DNA from: Phoronis australis
Lineage: Eukaryota > Animalia > Phoronida
DNA length: 64,000 nucleotides
NCBI GenBank assembly: GCA_002633005.1
Contig: NMRA01000176.1
Coordinates: 62,001-126,000 of the forward strand
Reading direction: 5' to 3'
The number at the start of each line of letters is the position of its first letter. The stretch's first letter is position 1. The notes under the pieces were generated by a model, which did no database searches, was not told the origin of the DNA, and worked only from the letters and a program-made list of their open reading frames with translations. Below, piece by piece: positions 1-12,428 of this stretch. The translations under genes were made by a program, and so were the position numbers.

Positions 1-259
1 AAGCTGAAAATGTAAATTATCTTTCCTGTTAAGTAACATGGATCCTATTTACATGTGTCACACATCAAGATTGATGACCTATTTGTGTGCATACAACTTG
101 TTAGATGAGGCATGGGTAAATATATAAATCATGTTGCTATCCACTGTGGTTTACATTGCCCTCATTATGGCTTCTCTCTTGCAGGTGTAGTTTCATTGCC
201 CCTCAGAACCTCTCCCACGGTTATCACACCAACGCACTCACTCCCACACGCACTAACAG

Positions 260-3200
260 ATGGCTGCACGGGGTGCACAGAGGCCAAACGGCGCATCGCA
301 GGGCAAGATTTGCCAATTCAAACTCGTGCTGCTCGGCGAATCGGCGGTAGGAAAGTCAAGTCTGGTTCTGCGTTTTGTCAAAGGCCAATTCCACGAGTAT
401 CAAGAGAGTACAATAGGGGGTAAGTTGTCAAGGTGCATAGTTAATGAGGTCATCACAGACTAGGTGAATATTTGGGAATGGAGCGTGTTTATGTCATTAG
501 GCAAATTGTGATTATTTGATTCCTTTGGTAAGAATGCATTAGAAGTATTGTGTCATTGTGTCAGCATTAGTCACATGGCCAGGCCTTCATCTAGCAGGAG
601 TCTAGGGTGTCCAATTGGACAGCCTGTCTCAAATTTAGACTTCCTGGTTAGGAAACCCAGTTCAGCAATTGGACACCCTGTTCAGCGTCTGCATGCTCGA
701 ATTATAGGCTAGCATTGGTATCTCTTAGCTAGCTAACAGCAGCTCTGGGAGTTTATTGGCCATCTAGAATAAAACAATTAGTTCAAACGTGATGTGAGGT
801 GCAAAAATAATATCGCAGTCATTTCCACAGTAACACTAAACAAAAATGGCTATTTGACCAGATGTCATGAAAATGCAGTTATGCGTCATTGATCCTGAAC
901 ACTGAGAAATTGGTAATCTCCGCACTTGGCACCAATATTTTGATTTTTGAATTTCCATGGAATTTCTATTGTTTTAGGGGTGATGATTGTGTGAGCTACA
1001 TTTGTGAAACCCTGCTGTGTTCTGTTGCCAATGGACCAGTACAAGGCTTGATATCTGTGGAGTGTTCCATCGAATTATGAATGTTGTTGTGCCGCTAGAC
1101 TTGCATTTTAATCATTTACTAAAATTTTGGCACTCAAAATGTTAACGCATGATCTGCCCTCAGAAGGTCACCCTGAGCACCAGGTCCTCACCTGCTTAGT
1201 ATCACTGAAGAAAGTGAGCCCATACCTTTGTTACTCAAGTCTCAACTAAAGTTCACTTTCAAAATTCTGTTCATCAAAATATCGCCTTGGCTGTTTAAAG
1301 TTCAAAACATTGTTGGAAAGGTCTCACGTGATGTATTAGACACAAATACACATTATTGGATGAATTGTGCTTGTCATAAGCATTCTCCAGACTATTGGAT
1401 GTAGAAAGCATGCTATTGAGTGATGTTTTTCCTATATCAAGGGATGTCTGGCATTTTAAGCAAGACATTTCAATCCAATTTGTCGCGTGCTAAAGGAATT
1501 GATCTTTGTCTTATTGTGTGGGGGTATTTGTATTGTGATGTCGCACGAGATAGGAACCATTTTTATGCATATTTGAACTGCTTGCCCACTACTTGATTTC
1601 ATTCAAGAAGGGTTCACCATGTCGTTAAACAGCTTGGACTGTGCCATTACCCATTTGAAGCATCGGTTGCTTGTACCATAACTGTATATAGCTGTCTTGT
1701 TGGTGATTAAGTCTAGAAATCAATAGCATGTAATAACACGCAGAAGTCTAATGAACCCTATGAAAAGACGATGTGGTTGTGTGCTGATGTATGGACGAGT
1801 ATGCTCTACCTAGGTTATCAATTTATGTGATGGCATTTGGTGTGTTGTATACGTGCTATTGCAAAGCTCTGAAATTAAGTTACGAGTGTTGTCGTCAATC
1901 TTTTTTCCTTAGAAACTGCAAATGGATTTTTATGCACCCACCAATAAATATGTGGGCGCATATTGTCGTCATCTCTGTCTGTGCGTCAGGCATCGGCAGC
2001 TGTATCTCAAAAATCCCTCTCAGGATCTTACTGAAATTTGGCAGATGTGTTTCTATGAAGCTCATCGCAGATGACGGTTAATTTCGGACCTATCTGACTT
2101 CCGCTGTGTCTCCTAGTTGCAATTTTAATTTTTTACCGTTGCCTCTGTATCTTTGGAGTTCTTGGATGGATTTTTATGCATTATGACGAATAATTAATAA
2201 AATTACGAAAAGCTGTAATTAAGTGAAAAATATGTCTAGGATAACCAACCAACCTTATTTTAGCTCAAAATGACATGGAAAAAGGTTGTCTTCGCCTTTA
2301 ATGTTGAGCCCTGTAGTGGCAATTTTAGTTTTTTACGCTTACCTTTGTATCTTCAAAAGTCCTGAACGGATTTTCATGAAATTTGGTATGTAGGCACCTA
2401 TTAGTGAGATGACGCTATCCTCCTGTTTTCAGATGGATTCGACGTAGTTTGCGCCACCTAGTGGCCATTTTTACTGTTTTCGAGTCTGTATTTTTGCGTC
2501 CACCCCTCTATCAACCAAACCGCTCAAAGGATGATTGTGAAAATTGGCGTGTATGTGCTTACTATAAGGAAGACAGCTGACAATGATTTTCAGACGATTT
2601 GGACTACTGTGGCGCCTCCTAGTGGCAGTTTTGTTTTTTTGCGCCCATGGCTGTATCTCCCAAACCGTTTGCAGGATCTTTACTAAATTTAGCAAGTGTA
2701 TTTATGTGATGTTGACAACGGACGATGACGACTTTAGGATGATTCTGATTACCGGTATGCCTCTAGTGGCAATTTTAGTATTTGCCTCTAGTGGCAATTT
2801 TAGTATTTTACATTGACCTCTGTATTTTCATAGGTCTTCAGGTGTATACTTTGTGTTACTTCGTGACTGTGAAGGAAAAGTTCCAAGTAGAAATTTGTTT
2901 CTGGCATTCTAATGCTGTGCTAATCTCGTATGTTGGTAAATTTGTTTTTAATTCTATGTTTCTGTGGTGCTTTAAGCAACTGGTGTATAGGATGTGCTTG
3001 TATTATGAAGATTACTCACATTTTGCCCCTAGCCTATTGAGGAGACAATGACCATGCCTTTCCATTTGCAAAGTATGCCCTCTACTGGCCACTTTATGGT
3101 ACCAATAAACAACCCTAGAAGGATACCGTATGCGGTGCAATTGTGGGCGCATTTCAACGCTCCGCGTTGCTCTTGTTCTGTTTTCCTTTGTTGCTCTGAT

Positions 3201-6200
3201 GTTCCTTGACAGATTTTTATGAAACATTTATGTTCCTGTTTTTGAATGGATTGTAAGTTTTTGCGCCATCTATTGGCCATTTTTATGATACAAATAGATA
3301 ACCCTAAAAGTATACCATTTGCAATGCATTCGACTTTCCAGGTTTTAAGTATTTGAGCACATTGTTGGAAACTGTAAACAACATTCTCCTCCTCAGTATT
3401 TGGTCTTAAGTCTTATCATGTCACTGCCTTCTGCAAATGTCAGTTGGACATTGGTGTCCAGTCACCTACTGCTGCAAATGTCAGACATTAAGTGCTGCTT
3501 AAAAGTTCATTCAAGTTTCATCCTGCACTTGTTCGTTTCAGCCGCATTTCTAACCCAGACAGTGTGCCTGGACGACACTACAGTCAAGTTTGAAATCTGG
3601 GACACCGCCGGACAGGAGAGGTACCATAGTCTCGCCCCCATGTATTACCGAGGGGCGCAGGCCGCCATTGTTGTATACGACATTACAAATCAAGTAAGGG
3701 TTTAGGCACTTAGAGGTGTTTCGTTCTGGGCTGTGGCTTTGCGTGAGATCATGCACAAATCCGTATGCACTGTAATCGCTGTTGGTGCTTCCGTTGCAAG
3801 TGCTTTAGTTAAATCTGTTTTATGTCCATATTGGTTTCACACAATATTTCAGAAGTCTTGGGTGTATGTAGAAGAGCTAATCATCAAGAGCCCGTCAGAA
3901 ATAATTTTCGTTTCATAAATCCTGACGTTTGAGAGTAGTTAAAAATTGCTTTGTGAAACTGTTTCTAAGCAACTGTAGTAAAATTCTATCCCATAGTTAC
4001 AGTAAATACTAGAATCTCTCTCTGAGCAGTGTAGAAACTGACTGCCGCATTCTTTGATTGTGTACTGAATAGCTTTTTTGTATATTGCTTGTTTTATTGT
4101 AGTTGTTAGTTCCTGCTATGGCCACTAGGTGTCCTCTGTGCCCCTGCCTTTGTTGTCATGCTCTAGATGCACTGTGCAGTTCTCTCACTTTTATTTCATT
4201 CAACCTTGTGTCCTTATAGTTATGGAATCTGTTATCAAGGATCCAGAATGACATTGATGCTTTTCGTTGTGTTTGTGTTTTTCTCTTTTTGTATATATAC
4301 AAAGCCTAAATTCCAGCCAGAATTTTTTGATTTGAGATCTTGATTGTAACAAATTAATGTTCGATTGGAATCGAGTTGGCCTCATAATTGTAAAAAATTC
4401 AGGTAATAGTAACATGCAGTGGTCCCACGTTTTGCAAACCATTTTCTCTACTAAATAACAGGCATCCAACCAGTTGTCAAAATCCAGTGTCCCTGTAGGT
4501 GGTTATTGCAAGATTTGAATACAATCTGTCACATTTTCAAGATAATTTCAGATCGTGTTACTGTTAGGATATGGACTATGCTATCTTGTTTGGTGTCTCT
4601 GCTCTCATTGTGTGTACTCTCTATCATCCCCTATGTGGTCAGTTCATAAGACATTTCTCATTCGTCTAACAGGACACATTTGGCAGAGCCAAAACATGGG
4701 TGAGAGAACTACAGAGACAAGCCAGCCCCAACATTGTTATAGCACTGGCTGGCAACAAGGCAGATTTGTCACAGAAGAGGATGGTCGAGTATGAGGTAGT
4801 TGTACAGTCTCATTTTAAGGTGACCATGTCTTGCAATGGACGTAAATATATAATTGAAATTAACTCAGTTGGCCTTGGCGACAATGGCTGTATTTTATTT
4901 GTGAGCATAACAAACACAAAATATACGCACATGCACAGCAATGTGTCATTTTCTTCTTGCAGAATGTTGGTTGGCTGTGTTAGTGTTGTAGATAACCCAT
5001 CTCCACTGTTTAAATGTTTACTAGTTCAGGTACTGAGAAATAGTAGTTTCAAAAATAAACGGGTCAATTTCAGTCCGGCAGAAACAGGAAGGATATGTCT
5101 CTTCCTGGAAATCGACTAGTCATAAGAGTAGTTTTTAATTCGTACAAGTTTTCACATTAGATTAAATCCAGTCTCCAGTCTTCCCATGAAAGTCTTTATT
5201 AAATAAAATAGCCAGGCTTACTGCTCTAAACATGATGTCGTCAGAGAATCGGCTGAAAATTTATCCCCTGAAGTTTTGCCAAATTTTTTAGATGACAACA
5301 CGCTTAATCAAACTACTGTATAAGATCAAAGTGACTCTAAAATATGCCTAAGGCAATTATCGAACTTTTATCCATCTGATATTTTTGTTTCCTATAGGAG
5401 GCGCAGGCATATTCCGAAGAAAACAGTTTATTATTTATGGAAACATCTGCCAAGACGGCTATGAATGTAAATGACATTTTCCTTGCTATAGGTAAGTGGT
5501 CTCTGTGCTTCCTGGCATGACCTGGGGTGAACAGTGCCGATGCATGTCAATCTGGTTTACCTGCACCTTTATTATGCTCCCACATATTTATATGTGGACG
5601 CATTATGCCGTCATCTCAGTCCGTCTGTCCGGAGTCCGCTGCTCTATCTCCAAAACCCTTTGACATACGTTCATGAAATTTGACACGTGTTCCATTTATG
5701 AATAGGATGGCTTGAGCGAACTTTCGGAGGGATCCGACTACCAGTGTGCCCCCTAGTGGCAATTTTAGTTTTTTACGCTTACCTTTGTATCTTCAAAAGT
5801 CCTGAACGGATTTTCATGAAATTTGGTATGTAGACACCTATTAGTGAGATGACGCTATCCTCCCGTTTTTGGATGGGTTTGACGTAGTTTGCACCACCTA
5901 TTGGCCATTTTTACTGTTTTCGAGTCCACCCTTTTATCAACTAAACCTCTCAAAGGATGATTGTGAAAATTGGCATGTATGTGCTTACTATGAAGAGAAC
6001 AGTTGACGATGATTTTCCGACGATTTCGACTACTGTAGCGCCTCCTAGTGGCAGTTTTGTTTTTTTGTGCCTATGGCTGTATCTCCTAAACCGTTCGCAG
6101 GATCTTTACAAAATTTAGTAAGTGTATTTATATGACGTTAACAACGAATGACGACGACTTTTGGACAGATTTGGTAACTGCTGTGCCCCCTAATGGCAAT

Positions 6201-7564
6201 TTTAGTTTTTTATGTTTAACTCAGTATCTTCAAAGGTCCTCAACAGATTTTCATAAAATTTTAAATATAGGCATCTATTGGTGTGATGACGCTATCTTCC
6301 TGTTTTTGGATGGAATCGAGGTATTTTGCACCACCTAGTGGCCATTTATGCTGTTTTCAAATCTTGTTTTTGGTGTCCACCACTGAATCAACCAAATCAT
6401 TTGAAAATTGGCATATATGTTCTAAGTGTGAAGACGACCTTTGATGATGGTGCTATGACACCTCCTAGTGGTAGTTGTGTTTTGCGCCCATAGTTGTATC
6501 TCTTAAACCCACTGGAGGATCTTTACTAAATTTAGTAAGTGTATTTATATGAAGATAACAACAGACGAGTTTCAGACGGATCCAACTGACACTGTGCCCA
6601 CTAGTGGCAATTTCATTTTATTCTGTTTTCCTTTGTTTCTCTGAAGTTCCTTGACAGATTTTTATGAAATATGGCATGTTCCTGTTTTTGGATGATGGTA
6701 TGTTTTTGTGCCATCTAGTGGCCATTTTTATGATACAAATAAAGAACCCTAAAAGCACACCATTTGCAATGCATTCGTGGGCGCATTTCAACACTCCGCA
6801 TTGCCCTTGTTCTCTTACCCATTCAAAAATGGTCAGTGAATTTTCCTCACACGAAGCAGTCGCGGTGGATTGCACCATTCCGATCTGGTCTAGTCTTGTT
6901 GATGAACAGCATTTACTTGGTAATCCAACACTAACGCATTGCCTTACTTAGGTCCAGCCAGATTATCTTCACATGTAACCAGATGCGACATTTCCAAACG
7001 AAAAAACCTTAATAACTTATAATGTCGGGCGTCAAAAGCATGGTGAAGCCACCATTTCTGCTTTTGATAACTAATCTATTTCCATTTTTCATAAGTTGTC
7101 CATTTACCAAATTATTTTAGAGCTGACTTCTGAAGTGTGGTCGATTTACACGTTATGTTGTTTGACAGTTCTAGGTGAGGCATCTCATGGATGACACGGT
7201 GTTGCCCCTGATGACTGTTGGGCACACAGTTCTTGCCTGGTTTTGTGTTGATTAAATATTCATATGTGAGCCTTTTTTTAATTGTGAAATAAATAATTGC
7301 AGGAGCTAAGTAATGTAGACCTTCCCTCAAGGGGGGCTGTTATTTTTCTTATGTCCACTCTTTTAATAAGCAATGGAGTATTTCTACCCCATGTTGAGCA
7401 ATTTTGTTGTGTCACACTTTCATGTTATGTTTATACATGATTGACTGTCTCTTGCAGCTAAGAAGTTACCCAAGAGTGAACAGGGTGGAGCGTCAGCGAG
7501 GGAGCCTAGGGGCGTAAATTTAACGGAACAAAATCAACAATCGAGTGGGGGCTGCTGCAAGTAA
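260..7564 (+). CDS. RAB5: Ras-related small GTPase Rab5, 211 aa; coding exons 260-419, 3542-3693, 4673-4795, 5398-5491, 7458-7564
   Basis: The spliced frame reads [136 protein letters not shown].../[40 protein letters not shown]...GGCCK*. All G-boxes and a C-terminal CC prenylation motif are present. Introns are GT-AG with consistent phases (636 nt total). Confidence 0.97.
1927..3177 (+). mobile_element. Non-autonomous Helentron (HINE/DINE-1-like) element, copy 1, in Rab5 intron 1
   Basis: 5' end: T-run, subTIR ATGCACCCAC (1932-1941), its inverted partner GTGGGCGCAT (1952-1961), then a CTGT microsatellite. Interior: ~150 bp subrepeats with CTAGTGGC motifs. 3' end: subTIR GTGGGCGCAT (3143-3152), stem-loop CAACGC-TCC-GCGTTG and CTCTTGTT. 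Confidence 0.75.
5572..6811 (+). mobile_element. Helentron/HINE-like element, copy 2, in Rab5 intron 4
   Basis: Same termini as copy 1: ATGCTCCCAC...GTGGACGCAT, a GTCC/GTCT microsatellite, and 3' GTGGGCGCAT-TT-CAACACTCCGCATTG-CCCTTGTT. The internal repeats are closely similar to 2310-2780. Confidence 0.75.
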
Positions 7565-9705
7565 GGTCATTTGACCTTTGAACTCATTGTGCATTGACAG
7601 TGCGTAGAAAATGCCAGACTTGGACGTTGTTGTTGATTCCGTCGTTGAGCAGCGACGGCGGAGCGTCAGAGGCGGTGACGTTGTGAGATTCTCTGGTTAC
7701 TTTTTATGAAGTACAGAGTACCTAATGATTTACAAGCTGACATTTGGACCCGTGGAAGAAACGTTCATGCAATTTTGTTATAATATATGTTACCCAAATA
7801 TCTATAACTATTATATGGAGAATGACATGTTGATTAGACTGAACAATGTATATATCCTCGTATTTGTGTCTGACAAATTAGTATTCGTACTCGGTGAACT
7901 AAGAGAACACATTTTCCACTCTTTTGCCATTGTTAAGTCCCACAGTTCTATGTTATACCCTTGCTTATCTCACATGCATCGTTAAATGATTTATCTCTAT
8001 CTTGGATACCATTTTACTAAAATTCGCTTTTGATATTTTAACCAATTGTCCTATATAAAGTTATACCTATGCCAAGTTATTAAGAACTAAATTTCCCAGT
8101 CTTGGTGCAAGCCATGAATACTGTGCTGCGGATGTTCATTTCAGTAATTACTTGTTTATAAGTTTGAACTTATTGGATATGTCGGACATTTGTGTGCATC
8201 TGAAAACTGGTCACGGTAGCTTCATTTTGTGAAATCCTGGTTCTTAATTACAGTTCTTCGCTGCAAGTACATGGATAATTTCTATGGAATGCAGCCTGGG
8301 CTATGTCAGTATGTCAGTGTCTTCATTTAGAGGACTTTGGTGCTTGTGGTGTAACCTGATCATAAAAATTTGATTTCTAAGCAAATGACTACTATAAATT
8401 CAATACACACTAGAAACGTTGCTTTTGTTACGGAATTAGTTGTCTGCAACTCTATGTATGGTACTTTAAATCCACTTTTTCTGAATGCTATGCTTGTGTT
8501 TATTTCATGTAAGTTTGTTTAAAGGATCGTAAACTGAAGAGTTTATTGAGAAGAAAGTGTTGGTATGGGGTCAAAACCTCTAGCACTCTCATGCAGTGTG
8601 TACCATTACTCATGTTGTGTATGACTTGTCAGAAATGTTCGTTTGTTGACTTGAAGGCAAAATTGTGCACAATTTTCTTTTTACCGCCATTATTCAATGT
8701 AAACATTGTTAGAAATAAAATTTTGTAAGTAAGCATTTCTAAAGTTGCTGTACAAATTATAATCTTTGATCTGGGTTTATGAAATTCCCAAAGGTTAGTG
8801 TCCTTGCATGCTCTGAATATAATTGCATGAGATTTTTCCGGGGACTCCCCGTCAACTTTTTCTGGCGTTTAAGTTTGAGAATGCAAGAACTCACAGCTTG
8901 GAGACTTTTTGTACCCAAATCAAAGGTCATGATTTGTTTCGAAGCATTAAGTACAAAAAGTAGTTAAGATTTGAATTTTAACTGACTTATTTTGCATGCT
9001 CATGTCCAGTAACCTAAGTTCTGTCAGCTTTTAAAAAATCTGTATTAGAAATTCCTTATTCGTTATTGGTTGCCCTTTTTTCGAATCCAGTTATCAACTT
9101 TGTGTGTACCATAGGTGTATAATCTGTCATCTTTAATGGCATATCTCTCTTGTCTGCCTGACCTTACCGTACAGTGCGCCTTTTCACTGGGGATTTTAAT
9201 GAAAAATGAAACCATTGGTCTCTGACGTTCTTTTTTGTGGTTCTCTGTAAATTTAAGTCATCAACACATAATATGTATATAATTATGGATAGTTCTTAAA
9301 TATATTCTTGATGTTTTGGTAAGTTATGCGGTGGACAGGAATCGCTTGTAGTGTTCTGGAAGTTGTTTCCAAAGAGTGGGCAAAGGCTGTCATTTCATGA
9401 ATATACACTTGTAGGGATAGAATTCTCATGACTATCCAGCTTGCCATTGCCCTTCAGTTCACAAAACCTATGTCTGATGTAAAACTTGCAACTTTTTGCT
9501 AAACTCTTGTTCTTGACTTTGCTTTATTCCATTTGTCCGATATTATATTGTGGGACACGCTCTGTCACTTATTTTAGATTTGGCTATTCTTGCAGGTAAG
9601 AACAAAATTGTTTTTGAATAAATTGTCCCGACTCATTCATGGATTTTGTGTGAAATGTCATGTCCATTATCAGTATGATTTGTACACCGGCGAATTGTAA
9701 ATTGA

Positions 9706-9711
9706 AATAAA
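9706..9711 (+). terminator. Candidate polyadenylation signal ending a ~2.1 kb Rab5 3'UTR
   Basis: AATAAA followed by GT-rich sequence. Alternative AATAAA hexamers occur near 8714 and 9617. Confidence 0.4.
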
Positions 9712-10334
9712 ACTGTGATTACTGTGCGTTGATGTGTTGTATGCTACACAAGGTTGTCTATACTGATGATATTTAATACAGGGTACATCACTTTATATAG
9801 AATGCCTCTGTTATTGTCATGAAATGTCAGGAAAGCTTCATTTCCCATTGGACCAATGTAAAATGATGTGCATAACGTCATGATTTGTTGTCATTAAAAA
9901 TCAATCTAAATTGATTCTCACCACCTAATAGCATGACTTGTGTACCTTAGTTTGCTTTTCTGACAAAAACTAACCTAATTCGTCTAAACTTCATTTGCCT
10001 TTCAGATCTCAGCACTTGAGGTAAACATCTCAGTAGTTGCTTGTTTACCTGAGGCTCTCCACTTAGCAAGATTAGCTTACAAATGGTCACAATTACCAGT
10101 CTTAATCGCATGTGTCGCTTAGACCGAGGGTATGACTAAGTTGGCTCCACTGTATAACTTGTTTATAGAAAGGATAGATTCATCAATGGCTGCTATCTTT
10201 TTTGTGCTTACTGAGGTATGCACTCTTTTGATCCTGCTTAAGGAAAGTTTTGTGTCCTCAGCTGTGACTGAATGGCCATTTTCAGCAATTTAAGTGAGAA
10301 CTGCTTAAAGGAGAAAGGGCTTCTTGTAATCTAC

Positions 10335-10695
10335 CACTTGTACGAAGAACCTCTAAAAGGCAATTCTATCCTAAAAACACTTTTTGTAAGTGTAGGACAA
10401 AGCATTTATGACCTAGTTTTTGAAGTCTAGCACTTGTACAAAGAACCTCTAAAAGGCAATTCTATCCTAAAAACGCTTTTTGTAAGTGTAGAACAAAGCA
10501 TTTATGACCTAGTTTTTGAAGTCTAGCACTTGTACGAAGAACCTCTAAAAGGCAATTCTATCCTAAAAACGCTTTTTGTAAGTGTAGAACAAAGCACTTG
10601 TACGAAGAACCTCTAAAAGGCAATTCTATCCTAAAAACGTTTTTTGTAAGTGTAGAACAAAGCATTTATGACCTAGTTTTTGAAGTCTAGCACTT
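10335..10695. repeat. Minisatellite with a 96 bp unit, ~4 copies (third copy shortened to 68 bp)
   Basis: The unit CACTTGTACGAAGAACCTCTAAAAGGCAATTCTATCC... starts at 10335, 10431, 10527 and 10595. Confidence 0.95.
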
Positions 10696-10904
10696 ATGTG
10701 GGTCCAGCTGGAGAGTAATTAAAAATAATTTTATTTTGGGCATGGATGTGTGTCTATGGATTAGCAATATTGTGCGGAAGTAGTGAATTAGAAATGGTTA
10801 CAAACCAATCCTCTGCCTTAAAGAAACTAATTTTTGAGTTTGACCACTTGCTGCAATAAACGTGATTTCTGGATGTGTAGTGTTAGAGGTCATATGCAGC
10901 ACGA

Positions 10905-11150
10905 ATAGTACAAGCCACAAGTGCTCAGATAAAACGACCTGGAATTCCCTGGCATGACGGCTGGGTGGAAGCCGAATTCCTCGTCAGGCAATCGATAGGA
11001 AAGTTAGTAAGATGGCTAAGCCATTCTGTAATTAGAATAGTGCTGCCCATCTGATACAAGTAGTTATTACCAGTAATTTTTGCTGTTATTTAAATAGAAT
11101 TGGGGAATTTACGAAAGGAGATCTTGTCTGATCACTTTTGTCTTCTACTG
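10905..11150 (+). mobile_element. Degenerate copy of the Tc1/mariner-type MITE family typified by 21061-21325
   Basis: Shares the GAAGCCGAATTC and CTAAGCCATTCTG blocks and a CTTTTG...TACTG-TA end with 21061-21325. Confidence 0.55.
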
Positions 11151-11583
11151 TACAGTAAGGAAGGTGATCCACATAGGCAAGCCACGTCATTGAGCTTGAC
11201 TCTAGTAATGAACTCACTCGTTTCAAAGCTGAGGCATCGCCTTTTATCTGCGATGAGAACAATTTTATGCCCGGGAGTGCAAACAATGCTGAATTCCTTT
11301 AAAAAATGGATATAACTCTTGTTCAGTCCCAGAAGCGAACTCTACGTATGTTTTAGACCACTTACCGCTGTAAAATTGGTCTCCACATATTCCTTAATAC
11401 TCAGACTGCCCTATCAACATTTTAGTAACCCATAAAACAAGTTCATCACAATAGGCACACCAAGTGATGTGTGAAGTAGCCTTTTCTAGTGATTTATGCC
11501 CCTTCAAGAATAAAACAATAATGAAAAGCCATCGGTTTCAACATTGAATAGGATACCTATCCAGTACGAGCAGGGGTTTGAAG

Positions 11584-11659
11584 CTCGCTGGTTCCCTGCG
11601 TGCTTAGCCCAGCTGGCGCGGCTACCGCCCCACCTAGCGGCACGCAGGGAACCAGCGAG
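11584..11659. mobile_element. 76 bp hairpin MITE with perfect 20 bp TIRs and a 10 bp target-site duplication (Mutator-like)
   Basis: TIRs are CTCGCTGGTTCCCTGCGTGC (11584-11603) and GCACGCAGGGAACCAGCGAG (11640-11659). GGGTTTGAAG is duplicated at 11574-11583 and 11660-11669. Confidence 0.8.
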
Positions 11660-11862
11660 GGGTTTGAAGCTGTTTGAATTTATCAATTTAAAGGTTTCTT
11701 GCATTCACATCACCTACTCTGAAGGTAAAGCAATAAATGCCACAAGGTATACGATTGTGTGTACTAGTTAGATCAATGTGCCATGTCAAAAATGTTGCGT
11801 TTTAATCCAATAATTAAAACGATTTAGTGAAAGTTACATAGCTGAATAAATATGTTACTTAA

Positions 11863-12428
11863 CCCTTATCCTGCGGACATGCCAATTATCCTATTACAAT
11901 GCGTTGGGTGTACTCAATCGACTATAATAAGTTACAGCTGGGCTGCACTAGGAGAGTGCACTCACCCCAGGTAACTTTTGATTTTCATTCAGAAATTGTA
12001 AGAGCCCTGGAATGTTGTTTAGATATGTCACCATGGGCATTCCATACTTCACAGTTTCCTCTACAGTTCTCCAATTTAAACCATATGACTGTGATTACTA
12101 GTTTGGGAGATGTTGGCAGGTTTATGTAAGTGTAGACACATAGTTTCATTATATGGCTGGAGCCATACAGGAGAGGATGGCAGTGGATCAGTTTACTTTC
12201 ACCAAGGCTATGATATAGACTTACACATGGTGAAAATCTCCATTAAATTCTGCACAAGTTTTATATTGACTTCGTTAATTTAATATTTCCCCTTCAAATT
12301 TCCAATTTAAAATTGTTAGGTCATTAGTCTGGGTGACCTCCACAACAGCTTAGTGTACAGCAGTAGTGGTGACCTACTTAGCTCAGCTCACAGGGAAAGT
12401 AGTCTGAAGAGGCTCAGCAGCATAAGGG
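11863..12428. mobile_element. piggyBac-type non-autonomous element
   Basis: TTAA|CCCTTATCCTGC ... GCAGCATAAGGG|TTAA: TTAA target sites on both sides, CCC/GGG ends and an 11/12 match between TIRs. Confidence 0.75.

Noticed and set aside
604-679. 14 bp perfect inverted repeat AGGGTGTCCAATTG / CAATTGGACACCCT as a regulatory hairpin
   Set aside because: Isolated in Rab5 intron 1 with no TSD or second copy in the window. Most likely a MITE relic.
2471-3280. Short ORFs in the track over the HINE repeats (also 6132-6951 and 60382-61479)
   Set aside because: They are incidental frames in repeated non-coding elements, broken differently in each copy, with no transposase or Rep/helicase motifs.
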